A DNA stretch of 63,867 nt, filler included, from Atractiella rhizophila (GCA_021432655.1; 4 parts of 3 records of this genome joined end to end with filler, not necessarily neighbours in it); one strand, 5' to 3'; counted from the first letter of the whole stretch, positions 25,108 to 39,186 are shown. Translations and numbers: made by a program. Notes: generated by a model not told the origin, from the letters alone.

Positions 25108-27362
25108 ATGTCGATGGAAATCCTTTCCCCGAATCCAGCAATGGCCATTTCTCCCGCTCCTGTCCCCTTCGACTCAGCTGATCAGGACATGTCTTCGTCA
25201 CCCAGGAAAGAGGTGGATGCAGAGATGACGAATGAGGAAGATGCGGAGGGCGATGAGGATTTGGAGATGCAGAGCGATGGGAAGGGAGAGGGAGAGGTAG
25301 AACAGACCGGTGGGTTCGCCCCTGTTGGGGATGAGGAAATGGGAATCGAGGAGACGGAGGGATTTGAGAATATCGTATCCTTTGACGAAGCAATAGTCGG
25401 AGCAGAGGTGGTGGCGGAGTATGCTCTTGTCGATGCAGAGGGTGCTGAAGCAGAAGGAGCCAGTGCACCAGAGGCAACCACAGTAGAGACTGAGAATTCC
25501 TTCGTCGAGGCCTCTATTCACAATTCCACGACGGACGAGGCGGTGGTTACAACTACTGTTCCTCTTCCCACCATTTCTCTTCCGGTGTCAGATGCCCTTC
25601 TCGCCGCCACAACAGTAGCCGAGCCAACGCCTACAGTCACAGTCTCGGAACAACCAACAATCCAGACAGCAGCATTACCGGCGGGAGTTGCTGATGACAC
25701 CCAACCCGAGGACGGAGAGCCAACTACCGAGCCCGTCGCTTCCACCTCGACACTCCCACCGCCTTCAGAACCCCTTACCTCCGTCGCAGTACAATATGGC
25801 GAGCACAAATACGTCCTCTTCTTGCCGACGGTTGACTCCTTCTGGTCAGCTAACAATATCCCCGTACTCTTTTCTTCAGCCGAAGATCAGGAGCTTTTTT
25901 ACAGTCCTGTGGCGGAGTTGATGGACTATCTGAGAGGAGCGCTCGACGGGGAGGGGGAGGAGTTTAGAGTCGTAAGGGAAGGAGAGCGAGAGATGAAGCT
26001 CACATCGCAGGTGATGGGCTTGGAAATCGGTGAGGTGCGCGATTTTTCTTTATTCTGAAGAGTCGTACTGATGAATTTTGCACTATACATAGGATAATAA
26101 TCATGCTCAATCCTACTCCCTTGCAGATTTTGTTCGTGTGTATCACGCCTGCGGAGTGGACGGAATCCTTGTCCTCGAACTCTCATTTGGAGGAGATAGA
26201 TTTGGAGTGAGTTGGGCGAAATTGGTAGAAAGAATTGCGGATACAACAAGTGGAGATGGTGTGTCATGCTCTTCTATTGCTTGGTCTGAGAATCGACACT
26301 GATTATTTATTTCAGGTGAAACTGAGGATGTCTACGAAGACGCAGTTGATACTCAGGGGGGAGACACAGCAACGTCAAATCGTGCGGCTGCGCATGTATC
26401 AACAGCACCAGATGAGGTGTCGAAAGATCCAGATCTAGGTTACAATGAAGAAGAGAATTTTGTGGAACATGAGGAGAACGATCAGGTCCCGCCAAGCGCC
26501 GAGGTGGAGGGAGATGATACGAAGGGAGAGGTCGCAGTGGAAGATCACGTCGAATATGCAGAAGAGGAGGAGCAGGAGGCTGAAGAGGGTTTTGACATGA
26601 CAGGAGAAGGATATTCAGGAGAGCCTTTTGCTACTGAATTGGTTGAAGGCGATGAAGACAAGTTGATACCGTCGAAGATTGATAGTGCTGCGAAAGAGGC
26701 GGAGGATGATGTTGTTGATTACCCAGATGATGAGGTGTTACCTTCGAATGCTGGGGCGACTGATGAGGTTGTGGATTACGAGGAATTGGATGATGACGGC
26801 GATGAGTATCAAGAATTGGACGGCATCACTGTTGGAGGTGAAAAATTGAATGGTCATGGTGACAACGGTCCGTCACTACATCCTTGTTGGGAGAATGAAG
26901 TTGACGTGATGGAAACAGGAACGACCGATTCTAACACAGATGGGATGCAGGAACCAGAAGAAATTCTGAACGAGGGTCCGTCTCTGTTCTCTTTTTCTCT
27001 GATCAGCCAGCGAACCAGCGACCATAGTTCTTCACCCCTCATTACCCACCACAACTCTTACCAATCATGGCGCTTCGCCGCCTGAGGTCCTCGAGTTGCA
27101 CACCGCCACAGACCCCTCTACGTTGCCTGTAACAGTTCCTCTCACTCAGATTCCTCACACGATTACGCCCAAGAGGTCACGCGATGATTATGAACCTCTC
27201 ACTCAGATTCCTCACAGGATTACGCCCAAGAGGTCACGCGATGATTATGAAGCTGACAACGAGGAGGTGGATAAAAATGATGGTAAGAGGAGGAGAACCA
27301 GCGTTGATGAAGAGCGTACGTTGCCCACCAGCGATATAACTGGAATGAAAACTGATAAGTGA
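25108..27362 (+). CDS. Acidic disordered protein with central DUF2420/Rmr1-like domain
   Basis: VAVQYGEHKYVLF..LMDYLRGAL..MGLEIGE/DNNHAQSYSLADF..RF; basic NLS-like KRSR/KRRR near the C-terminus. Confidence 0.6.
27138..27251 (+). repeat. 57-bp tandem duplication (2 copies, in frame, 19 aa)
   Basis: cctctcactcagattcctcaca(c/g)gattacgcccaagaggtcacgcgatgattatgaa twice, one mismatch. Confidence 0.95.
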
Positions 27363-28359
27363 CGCGCAGGACAAGCGATCTGAAGGATCACAAGGTTCAC
27401 GATCGGTCTAAAGGATCGAAGAGAACATCGCGATTTCATCACCTTGCATCTCCATCTCGACAATTTTCTTTCACTTCTTTGCTCTGAACTTCTCGCTCGA
27501 CTAACACGTAGTCCTTGGAACCTTGTTCCCTGGCGGACATCAGCGACTGTCAAACCATTCTCTTCCCAACGGCCGTCTACCTTGATATTCTCGGGTTTCT
27601 TTCCTGCTACCCACTCCTTTCATCGCTGGTGCTGCGCTTCGAGTTGTTCCTCGATTCAAGCAGTGTTAAAATACGCCTTAGAAGACTACGCTGATGAGCG
27701 TACATGGCCTGTACCAAGGCGATGGCATGGCACCAAAGGTTAAGTACCCTTCCGCTAGTCAGTGATCGTTGACCCTGGACGAGGATTTTACAAAAGTAAG
27801 TAGACTGAGTACTGACGTTTCCCAGGAAATAATATCTCCACCAAATCTACACTCCCACCTACTTTGTTCTTTCATCTTGTGCAAACCATTTTCCCTTTTC
27901 ATCCTTGTTTTTCATGCTTCTCTTATGGCCCCACCAACGGTGATTTCACCCGGGATGGTTCCTTGTCCTATTTCGTTATTATTTGCATGGGTCATATGTC
28001 GTTTAAACAAGTTTCCATTCTTGCTATCATCATCATGTGCTACCGCAACTAACCGCCAGATATCTTTGCAAAATAACCCAACACCAAAGCAAACAGAGCG
28101 CGAGACTCGGGATCAGCCTGAGTGCGTTGGCCAATACAGTTGCTTCCCTCGCTTTACTCGTGCAACAAAGTTCACAACCTTGATACTGCGAGGTGGAAGC
28201 AAAATGTAAGAGTGCGTGGTCAAGGCACGACAACAAGGGTTTTGACCCTTGTTGGTGAGAACAAAGAAACTGAATGAATGCGCTCATTCATGGGATAATA
28301 AAGGGAGCAGACGCACGACCTTTTGAGTGCTGCTCCCATATCCCACAAAGCCAATCGAC

Positions 28360-28806
28360 ATGTCAGCGTCCTCCACAATCCCAACCTCTCAAATAGCACC
28401 CGGGTTACTTAATCAGCCACTGCGACCTTCTTCCCTCACTTTATCTTTCTCCGAACGGTCTGAAGAGCGCAGGCGACGATCAGACGCGCCTGTACCTCCT
28501 TCTCCTTGGAAGGTTCAGGAGTTTCAAATGACCAAACTTCCCACATTGATGGAAGAAGTCACCGTGGATGAAACGGGCTTCAGAGGCGACAAACCAAGCG
28601 CGAGGAAAAAAGGAATATCAAAGGAAAAGGACTCGAGCCCTCGGAAGAAAACAGTCCTTTTGAGTGAGCTTGAAAAGCTCAAGCGTCCCAGTCATGGAAC
28701 CATCGCTCAAAGGCGAAAGACACAGGTTCGGAACCAATTTCACTCCTTTCCTGTATTTCCTCTAACTTGAATGAAGGGTGAAGATAAACAGAATAAGACA
28801 AAGTAG
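28360..28806 (+). CDS. Small basic hypothetical protein
   Basis: ORF MSASSTIP...RRKTQ, GT..ctaac..AG intron 28726-28776, short last exon GEDKQNKTK*. No recognisable family. Confidence 0.4.
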
Positions 28807-29879
28807 CGAGAAAATTAAGGAATTAGTATATAGGAGGATAATGTTCATGTCGTTAAAATTCGTCGAGCGAAGACAGAAGTTGATGTTAAGAGCTGCTGTT
28901 ACTGCTGTAATATGTGTGCCCTGGACATGAGAGTTGCACAGGTTCAAGTTGACCACTACAGAGGCTACGATACCATAGCGTAAATACATTCACACCTTCT
29001 CGACTGGCAACTGGTTCAGTTGAGACCTGAACTCACCGACGCCTGTCGTTATATTGTAATAAAGCTCTCACGCTCAACAACAATCCTTGTGAGGTCAAAG
29101 GAAGTCACGAAATCGTGCGGAATCACTCCACCTTATATACACAGTCACGGACATCAACATCCTCCATTTCATTCAATCTTCATTCAACTTGATTCACAAG
29201 CCTCACTAGTGTGTTAGCTTGCAGCCAAACGATATGTGATGTGCACAATTATTGGCGGCGTCGCAGGAGGGTTCGTCGTGATTCATTCACGTAATCATAA
29301 TGAGGAGAAAGAAGTTCGTATTAGCCTGAGATGGGTGGTACCGCCGGTTGAACCAATACAGGACATTGACCAGACAGTGCGAATTGCCTTCCCTTCCGGC
29401 TACTAGAAGATTTTCAACCTTTCTTCGCTGAGACTTCGATGAATAAATTCAATCCTGCGCTTAATTTCCTGCTGGCCATTGCGTTTATTATCAGTTAGCA
29501 TCCGAGTCCTAGTCATTCGTTTTACTACCGCGCATACCCTGCTCATCATACAGGCCTCTTCATGATCGCAGTTCGTAGCCCTGCTCGCTACTGTGTTCTC
29601 GTCCACGCCGGGTTCAGCGCCAACGTTCAACATTATCATGCTTGATTGCTCGAACCGGCCTCCCCGGGCTTTCCTAGATACCTTGATACCCACGGCCTCT
29701 CGCTTTAAAATTTCTTTACACCTAAGAATGGAGGTTCAAACTTCTTTGTGAGGAGCAATACGGTTATGGAGATGCCGTCTCCGCATCGTCAAACGCGGGG
29801 TATAAATACGTCCGAACACCTGTGCGGGACTCTCGCTCTGCCTGTCTCCTTTTCTTGAGGAATACTAGGAGCAAGTAGG

Positions 29880-32327
29880 ATGGAGGCAGTACGGGAAAAT
29901 GGGTTAATTGTCTACAAGTCTCCTTGGACACTCCCAGTAGACGTGCCAGAAAACGTGAATGCTTACCATGCTCTGAAGGGTGATCCAACAGGTACTTGGA
30001 CATTTCATGGCAGGAGAAAGTGAAGGGGTTGACCTAATATCGGTTAGACGAACGGTTCACTTCCACGATTCCGACATGGATTGATGGTTTGACGGTTTGT
30101 GTTTTCACCAACCCGTCCCGACTCCAAGTCTCATGAGTCAATGATACTAGAGAGAGTCAATTACGCTCCAGGGTCAGTTTCAAAGGGCAGAATACCTCGG
30201 ACGCGCGCTTCTCACTATCCCTTCAATCGCCTCTTGCAAGGAAGATGCCGCGCCGAAAACGATTGGGATTCTGTCTCCAAACCACCTAGACTATCCGACA
30301 GTCGTTATTGCATCACTGCAGATTGGAGTACCATTTGCGGCTATGAGCAGTGCTTCTAAAGTGCTAGAGGTTTGTCTCTCCCGTCCTTTTCTTTTACTTT
30401 CACCTGAATGGACAAATGCAGGTAGAGCATTTCATTAGAACAGGGAGCATAACAGCCATCGTTGTCCACCCTTCTCTCCTTCGCACAGCACTTGCGGCTC
30501 GTTCAGCTTTTAAACAGCACATTCCAATCGTGTTGATGGACAACGATCCTCAGGAGGACTTTCCCACTCTTCCGCAGCTGGTCGAGAAGGGCAAAGGGTT
30601 GAAACCACTTCCACCAGCAACTGTACCCAAGTGCAAACTGGCTTGGGTTGTCTTCTCCTCTGGTTAGCTTATTCAAAGTTAAAAGACATAAAAGGATCTG
30701 ACATGAGATGGTTAAAGGTACAACTGCGATGCCCAAAGCGGTTCAGATCACGCATCGGAATGTGTTGGCATACTTGTTGTCAAACAAGACCTATACAGAG
30801 AAATCGATTGAGGCTGTGAGTAACCTCTCACAGCTCTCACACCAATAATCATCCAGTCTCGTATAGACGCTTTCGATTGGTCAAAAGCCAGCCATGGACC
30901 CTTCCGAACGGACGATAACTCTAGGTTTCTTGCCCAGTTCGTCTTCCTCCTTTTAGTCGGCCGTCGTTTACTTTCGGAACGTGCAGTGTATCATGCTTTC
31001 GGTCTGCTTTACAACTGCGTCCGCCCGTGCCTTGTTCCTACCACCAACATTATCACGTCATCATGGAACCTCTCCAAGGCACTCAAGAACATTGAGCATT
31101 ACAAAGTCAATTTCCTTGCCATCGTCCCCACTATCGCAGTGCAGTTAATACATTCCCCTCTGGTGAAGAAGACCGACCTGAGCACAATCAGGGGCTTACG
31201 TGCGTCGCTGAGATTTTCGAATGCACTCTCTGCAGAAGTGGCTAATAAACATTACATGGATAGTGTGCGGTGCGGCCTACCTCTCGCCGGAGATGAGGAC
31301 CAAGTTGGAAGACGTTTTGACGGAACGCGGAGCTGGAGGTGGGAACGGAATTAGGCTGAAAGCCTCGAACGGGTGCGTCCTTCTATGCCCGTCGTGCCTT
31401 AGGATGGTGGATGACTGGGAAGTTGCAGGCATGGAATGTCAGAATGTGTGGTCGCCTGTGCATCGGCCGCGATCGAAGGTTGGACTTGCTTTCTTTCATT
31501 TTCTTTCTCTCACTTAGTTTCGATCTCTAGGAATGAAATGTGGACCTTCCCCAGTCGAAGCCATTGGAGTCCTTATCCCAGGTCTGGATGGACGTATCGT
31601 TGATCCAGAGACGGGGAAGGACATCCCATTGGGTTCAGGGAAGGCAGGCGAACTGCTCCTGCGTGGACCACAAGTGATGCTTGGTTATGGAGACCCGAAA
31701 GCTAACGAATCTGCGTTCGTATGGGAGGGAGGATCGAGGTGGCTCAGAACTGGGGATGAGTTCAAGTTGGATGAGAAAGGGTTTCTCTGGTACTCTTCTA
31801 CTTGAAGTTTCACGCATTTGGGGGCACTAAACGAAACTGTAGGTACATGGACAGACTGAAGGAGGTGTTCAAGTCCAAAGGTTCGCATGCGTTTCTATCT
31901 CTCGTGACAGACCTCACTCGGCGAGCAGGACTGCAAGTGACCCCGACAGAAATCATTGCTGTGATCAATCAACTCCCCTTCGTCTTCGACTCAGCTGTAG
32001 CAGGGATGCCCTCGCAAGACCCCGCAACAGGAGAAGAAGCATGGGCTTGGGTTGTGCTCGAGAAAGACGGAAAGAAGATGGGCGAGGCGAAGGCGAAGGA
32101 AAGGATCAAGGAGGCGGTAAAGTCAAAATTGGCTAAGCACAAATGGTTGAAGGAGGTCATCATCGTATGTCCATTAACTCCAACTTCTCTCTCAGTAATT
32201 AATCTTGGACTGATAACACATCCGGCATTAGATTGATGCGATACCCGCGGTTCCATCCGGGAAGAAACTGACAAGACAGCTCAAGCAGGAGGCACTCAAT
32301 AATTTGAAACACAAGGCAAAACTATGA
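29880..32327 (+). CDS. Peroxisomal AMP-dependent acyl-CoA ligase (4-coumarate-CoA-ligase-like)
   Basis: TATAAA at 29801; IVYKSP start; FSSG/TTAMPKAV, YHAFGL, GELLLRGPQVMLGY, WLRTGD, DRLKEVFK, PSGK; C-terminal PTS1 -AKL. Confidence 0.92.
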
Positions 32328-33966
32328 GGAGACTGCTTTCACGCTCGAATCGATGGCTTTAGACAGGCTCTAACCGCACAGATTTCGGTTCAGATTCAGA
32401 GCTGCTGTACTAGAATCAGATTTGACTGCTCTGACAAATAATGTACCATGACACGACGGAAGGTGCCTATCTTGATGACAATCTGACTCGGACCTGATCT
32501 GACTGCATGTGTATTTCGAAATAACGAAATAACGTAAGAAAATCGTGGACACTTTGTCACGTGATTTTACAAGTTTGAAGACCTTTCGGCTCCGTTCGGA
32601 TCCGTTCCTTACATCGGAATGAGGAGGAGGTATTCAGAGTAATGGCACGGAAGAACCGATTCAATCACGCAGCTCCTCACTCGTCTCAGTCGTCAGGAAA
32701 GTGAACTGGCATCACGAGTAGGACGAGACGTTTCGTTTATTTTTTATGATGGTATATTGTCAAGCTATCACTCCATTCAACAGCTTACATTCATTTTTTT
32801 CACTTCAATTCTGCCGTGTCCCGCGCATACGTGCTTTGCTCCATGGCTATGGTAGCGAGCGAGGCGTTCGGGTCATTGATCAATCATCAGTAGTCTGAGT
32901 ATTCAATGAAAACAGGAGGTTCCTGGCGCCTGTCCGAGCTCAGCAGCGATTTGTCATGCATTTCCTGCGGGACATGGATAAGAGGGTTTCGGACAGGCAT
33001 TCGGGTTCGATTATCGAGGCAGAAAGGAGGTGGTCATGGTGGTGTCGTTTTACGTTTTTGTTCAAGTTTACCTTAGCCTATCGCAGGCAGAGCGTTACAT
33101 AAGGCCATCTTGTTGTTCACATCGCTCTCCATCTTACTTCCGCTTATGAGCTTATGCGCGACATGTTGAATGCTGACCAGAACACAAAATCATGCCGCCG
33201 TGGATCGGCATATAAAACGTCCACCTTTCTTTTCGTTTCGACAGCTTTGCCTTGAGATTTCAAGCGTTTGCCACCTCAAATCACTAGTCACAGCTTCTTC
33301 GAACTGACTCGCTAGAGCTTATATCTGTGACTTGGTCCTCGGATAAGAACACAGTGGTTTGGTGAGCGTTTTTCATCTCTTTCTTATCTCCCATCTACGT
33401 ACGTAACAAACTTGAAGCGAGAGTGAGTTGCCCGTGCAGCTGTTTTCAGTTGATTGGACATCGGTGGACACGGCCAGTCGACCGCAAGCAGTCTGAAGGA
33501 TTGCAGCGGCAGGGAGACGCGTCTACGCTGCCAATTATCGAGTTTGTTGGTGGCAGGAATCGAGTGCAGGAAAAGCGGGGTCTCATGCAGGACAAGACAG
33601 TATTTCGTGAACCAAAATCCCCGCGTGCTCGATAAAGCCGACACTTGTTCGGCCATAACTCATAATCAGCCTCCGGCTCCTTCCATAACATGGATGTGTC
33701 AGCGAAGCCAAAGACCATCCCGCCCGAGCAAGCGAGTGGAGGGGATGGAGCGAACTCTAACGGTGGCGTTGTCAGCGCAGATAATTGCCGAGGATGCTTA
33801 AGAGCGGCTCCAGCCGTCTCGTGCTTTTATTTCCCTTCAATTAGACGCTCTGTCGCCGCCGCTGAATACGTTGATTCGCGCCAGTTGCTGACGATGGACC
33901 GGTGGCCCTTTTCATAGATCCCGATACAAAGTCTCTTCAATATAACACTTGCCTGGGAGACAAATA

Positions 33967-35146
33967 ATGCCCGTCGTTACCACGTCTCTTCCAGTCGCCT
34001 CCGACACCCCTCGCCCACATCCAAGCGTGCTCGAACCCACCACTGCAGCATCGAAACAAACAATCTCACAACTCACGCTTATGGCTAACAAAGTCGGATC
34101 AGCATCTCTCTACGCCCCTCAATTCTACACTTCACCAGCTGCCTCCATTCTCCAATCCTGTGCACCTTTTGAAATGCCCCCTCTGCCACCAACAATCCGC
34201 CCAAACTCACAAACTCAGCCCGTCAACATGAAGAGCCCTCGTTCTTCGTTCTCCCAACAATCCGTCCGAGCTCCTTCTCCCTCTGCGTCTTCCGTCATCT
34301 CCAAGCTGGACGAATCAGCATTGTTGTCTAGTCGCGCTTCTGGTTCAGAGGAGGAAGGAAAGGATGAAATGGACGTCGACGCCAGCGTAGGGGCAGCGGG
34401 AAGCCCAGACAGTAATACGGAAGTGAAGGAGGAAGAAGGGGATCACCTAGCAGACGGAGATGATTCCAAAGGGAAAGGGAAATTGGTTCGACCGCTCAAG
34501 AATACCAGTAAGTTGTCTCTCAAATGAATTAGTTCTCTGTTAATGTGTTTCATAACGCATAGAACGAGCGGCGCAGAATCGGGCTGCACAACGTGCGTTT
34601 CGTGAGCGAAGAGAAGCTTACGTCAAAGAGCTCGAGCGACGTTCGCAACAGCTAGATGCATACAGTACGCGCGAAGCCGTTCTCGTCAACCGTATCAAAG
34701 AATTGGAGACGTCTATCATAAGTACGACGGAGAGGGATGTTTGGGAGGATGAGCGTCTGCGTTGGGAGAGGAAAGAGTGCGAGTGGGAGAGAGAAAGGGG
34801 ACGGTTGCTTGGTGAAGTAGAAGCGTCAAAGAGGGAGATTGAAAGTCTCAAACGACGTCTAACCTTCAACGCCTCGAAGAACTCCGTTGACAAGCCATCT
34901 TCGAGTGTTTCCTCGACCTCATTTTCTCCTTCACGTCTACCCCCACTGCCAACGATGACTTTTCCATGTGGTCCGTCCACACCCTCCAGTCTATACGACA
35001 TCGATCAACGAGACAAGAAACGATCGCGATGTTCGATCGATTCCACCTCTGCCCTCTACCGGAGGGCATCACCCACAAATCCACCTCCTCCCGTCAATCT
35101 GGGTGCCAGCCCATCTCTTGGTCGAAGACCTGCAGATGACTTATAA
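33967..35146 (+). CDS. bZIP transcription factor (Yap/AP-1/KapC-like basic region)
   Basis: RPLKNT/KRAAQNRAAQRAFRERREAYVKELE followed by a coiled coil; intron 34508-34562. Confidence 0.9.
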
Positions 35147-35495
35147 CAGCACCTGGGTTTCTTGCTTTTTTTTTTTCGAACAGTATGCAGTTTAAGACAA
35201 TTTCAGAGAGATTTTCTGCACATACTTTTATCATTTTTCAACAAGTTATTCCCTTCTTTCGCACTGTCTCGACTCTACTCGCATGTTTCGGTTCTCTTCT
35301 TTCTACTCGTGCGTGATCGGATTCCCTTCCTCCTTTTGACAGGTTTGCAAATTTGCATTCTCATTTAGGAAGCAATTGGTACGAAAGCACTGCTACAAAT
35401 AATACTGTAAGGGTGCATGGTTTCACCACCAACAAACCAAGACAACAAATATTCATACCAGGATAAATCAAAGACAACAAATTGCATAAACTCGC

Positions 35496-38400
35496 TCAAA
35501 TGGCCTTCTTCAAGTCCTCAGGCCCGATTCCCAGAGGTAGAAAGTTGACNNNNNNNNNNNNNNNNNNNNNNNNNNNNNNNNNNNNNNNNNNNNNNNNNNN
35601 NNNNNNNNNNNNNNNNNNNNNNNNNNNNNNNNNNNNNNNNNNNNNNNNNNNNNNNNNNNNNNNNNNNNNNNNNNNNNNNNNNNNNNNNNNNNNNNNNNNN
35701 NNNNNNNNNNNNNNNNNNNNNNNNNNNNNNNNNNNNNNNNNNNNNNNNNNNNNNNNNNNNNNNNNNNNNNNNNNNNNNNGATGACTGATGGAAGGACGAG
35801 TGCGTGGACTGGCGATTTGAAGGGACGTAAGTCTTGCGTGTGCATCGCGAGATCTTTGCCTGCTTGTAAAGCGGTGGCGATATGCAGCCTTTGACCACGG
35901 CAAGCAGGCGGGACGACGACAAAGATCTCGAGGCCAGTGTCGTAAAGGAGAACTGTGTCCCGGGGAAGAGAAGGCTCGGATTGTCCATCAAGCTCCTGAA
36001 ATCTGTCAGCAGTTCGATGAGGAGTGGTGCTGATGGTACTCACCGACGGTTTTCCGGACGCAAATGAGAACAATTTGGGGGATGAGCGTGATTTATTGAA
36101 ACGCCAGTGCTGCAATAAGTTAGAGAACGTTGGCAAAAAACGAGAATTGTTTCTCACAGAGGCAGACGCATAATCCTCATATTCCAACATTTGCCAGAAT
36201 ATAGGAGGTTCGCGTCCTTCCTCGACGATGGTTAATGTGTCACCGTTCAAGGACCTGGCGTATTGTTCAGCAGCTGCTCGTTCTGCTTGCGACGTTGCCT
36301 TCCCGTGCCTTAACAAAGGTGTTAGTTAAAGTCAAATCAAAGATGAGAGAAGAGACATACCAAACAGTTCTCTGGGAAAGCAGGCAAATAACGAACGATG
36401 CTGCAGAGGATAGAGCTGCTGCTTGAAGGGGTACTTCATCAATAACGACTCCACCTAGGTGCGCTCGCACGCAGTACATGCCACTGTTCAATGGGTCGAA
36501 ATGATCTCGATCGCCCTAACAAGGAGTTCAGCAACTAGAGGTTTGCAAATGGCTCAACTCACATTTCGAGTGATAAGCCTACCGCCAATTATTTGAAGCA
36601 ATTCCGCAGATTCTCTTCCTTGAAGAACCGGAATGATAGTGGCTCTGTATCTTGCGGCTAACTCTTCCAAACGTTTCTTTGCCTTGCCATCGTCGTGCCA
36701 CCGCAGGCCCTGCCAGGAGAACACTCTAGTGTTAGCCAACGTGTCCTTTTTGTATCGATGGACGATGGCGATAAGCTCCGATTCGTAGAAAGTAGCAGGA
36801 TCATGTGGCACTAGGACTGAGGTCGAGGCACTGATCGCAAAGCTTTCGGTAGATATCGTCGTGCCATGGTCAGTGCTGGGTAATGGACGTCTCAGATAGA
36901 ATGTTTGTATATTAGTCGTGGGCAACCGTCCGATTGGCGGAACTGTCAAGGGATCAATCAGTACAAACGTGATAAAGTGCAAGGACCACTTGTACCTTTG
37001 AAAGTAGCATCATCCTGTGCGCTGACCGTTCGTTGGACAGAGAAGCTCTGCTTCGATTTCTGGCGTTGAAGCACAGAGCCACCCGGTGCAGTCATGTCGT
37101 CTCTCGCCATCAGTTCCCCAGGCAGAGTGGGAGCAGTAGAACCTTGTTTTCCCCAAGTCGACACTGCATCTTTCACGTTCGAGCGATTCGGGATATCTTG
37201 CGACAAAGAGGGGGAAGGAGTCGCAGCCTTGAATGTCGACCTAGTTCGCAAGTCACCGATGTGTGAATCTGAGGGCAGAGGGTTCTGTTCTGAAGTGGGG
37301 ATTGGGAGTGGTCGAGACGTCGTGGTTGGGCTAGGGAGTGGGCGACCTAGTTGATGAGGTGATGGTGGTTGCAGTGGCTGCGGCGACGGGGTAGGCAGCT
37401 GCCGTCCAGTTGTGAAAGGGGTAAATGAGTCCGTTGACGTCTTCTTGGGGATAGGCAGCGGCCGGCTGGCTGTGAGGCCTGGAAGGGCGACCCCCTTGAC
37501 GCTGGAGACAGGCGGTTTAAACGCATCCCCCATCCTAGACGGTGCAGATGTCTGCTTGACCCCGATCGGCGCTTGATCGCCCCATCTAGCTTTGATACCA
37601 ACTGGAACATTGCTGACAGGAACCGGCGGCTCAGCATTCGTCGCCTGAGGTCGAGGTTCTTCAGGAACGGCTATAGGTTCCTCCGCTAGCGTTGTGGTCG
37701 TTTTTGGATGAGAGGACTGAGCAGAGGATCTCTTCGGACCACGAGCTCGCCCTTTCGTCAACTATTTTACAATCAGAGATAGTCTCCGCAGATTTGATCA
37801 AGCTTACATGGACGAGAGAGGTTCCTGAGGTGCTTTCTAGCGGACCTAAACTGGGAGACTTCCCCTTCCCCTCATCTAGCCACAATTGCTCCTCATCGTT
37901 CCTTGACTTCTCGGGAGGCTCTGCCAACAACGTCTTCGGTTCTTCCTTCTGTTCACCATAGATATCCGCAAGTTTAGGAATACTCGCGCTCTTCTCCCAG
38001 TTTTTCAGGGGCGTAGGTTTCATCACACGCTTCTCAGAAGGGCTATCTGGCGGATTACCCCAAGCTCCAAGCCGTTGTTTCACTATATTGCTTCCCTTCA
38101 GTCTCGTCAAGCTAGGCGTGTCGTCTTTAGTGGAATCTTGCCTCTGAAACGCAGGTGCGGGAGTGGTGTTGGGCACAAATGCGAAAGTGGACCCTTTTGC
38201 CGGTTCGAGAGACGAAAGTGGTTTCGACAATCCAACAGCTGGGGACGGGAGCGGTCGTGCCTCAGAGAAAGACGGCATCTTCTTGGGAACTGGAGTGACG
38301 GGAGTCGTCGACAAGGGCTGGGGGGAGGTCGATCGTAGGCCGGTGATGCTGTTTTGAGAAGGCGGTTTGGCTAACCCGACGGAGGGAGAAGGAAGTGGCC

Positions 38401-39186
38401 GACTCTCTGAGAAAGAGGGCTTCTTTGTCGGTGTTGGCGAGGAAACGTTCTCCGAAAACGATGGTGCTTTCTTGATAGTTGATGGAGCAGCAGACACTGC
38501 TTGTTGGGGATTTGGTTGGGATTGAGAGTTCCTTCTCGGAGTCGGCCCAGGCGGTAGGGGGCTCTGGACTTCGAGTGACATTTTTTTGACGTGACTTCGA
38601 ACAAAACCACCCTTCTCCGGATCAGGACGACTGAACGGTGTAGAAGGGGCAGGAGAGGGGGTGGAGGTTTCCGGGGTCTTGGTAAAAGCAGATGGTATCC
38701 CAAGCTTTCCCACTGTCCTCCCATTTCCGCNNNNNNNNNNNNNNNNNNNNNNNNNNNNNNNNNNNNNNNNNNNNTTAATTAATTAANNNNNNNNNNNNNN
38801 NNNNNNNNNNNNNNNNNNNNNNNNNNNNNNGTTTGCAATTGCAGTATTGTATTGTAACTGCCGCGTCGCTAGCCTTCGAACCTCCCAAAATTATAGGAAT
38901 CATAGCGAACAACGTCAAGACTCGAACATTGGAGATTATGCTCTTCGATCTATCATCCCTGCCAATCATGCGGCCTCGAACGACGTTCATCCCTAAATCT
39001 TAATATCGAAACACTAACCGATTTCAATTTCTCGTTCTCGTCCTGGATTACTTTATCACCCCTATCCTGCAGTTCTCTGACTCTCTTAACCCAGTCGCCT
39101 AAGTGCCCCCTGGAAGGGTCTTCTGGTATCAAAGGTATCGAAACTGGAGTCCTGAATGCTGAAGTGGGGCGGAAAGGAAGGTCCAT
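35496..39186 (-). CDS. Gelsolin/villin-repeat-like protein with long Pro/Ser-rich region (DUF4045-type N-terminus), interrupted by two gaps
   Basis: VFSWQG..VLQGRESAELL, MYCVR..VIDEV, IVEEGREPPIFWQML, VLLYDTGLEIFVVV. The putative first exon (DWVKRVRELQDRGDK) lies across the linker, so the join is inferred. Confidence 0.65.
35550..35779. other. 230-N assembly gap
   Basis: Run of N. Confidence 0.99.
38731..38830. other. Artificial contig linker N44-TTAATTAATTAA-N44
   Basis: Same layout as 16092-16191. Confidence 0.95.

Noticed and set aside
27400..27760. Coding-like minus-strand stretch (EQLEAQHQR*KEWVAGKKPENIKVDGRWEE)
   Set aside because: Contains a stop and frame breaks, has no recognisable family and no supportable gene model.
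28360..29880. Upstream ORF as a first exon of the acyl-CoA ligase via a long intron
   Set aside because: Its phase-0 donor is out of frame with the acceptors near 29870-29878. It has its own short intron and stop, and the ligase has its own TATA and ATG.
32950..33020. GGGTTCGATT resembling a tRNA T-loop/B-box
   Set aside because: The T-stem pairs poorly, and no acceptor stem, D-arm or anticodon arm can be built.
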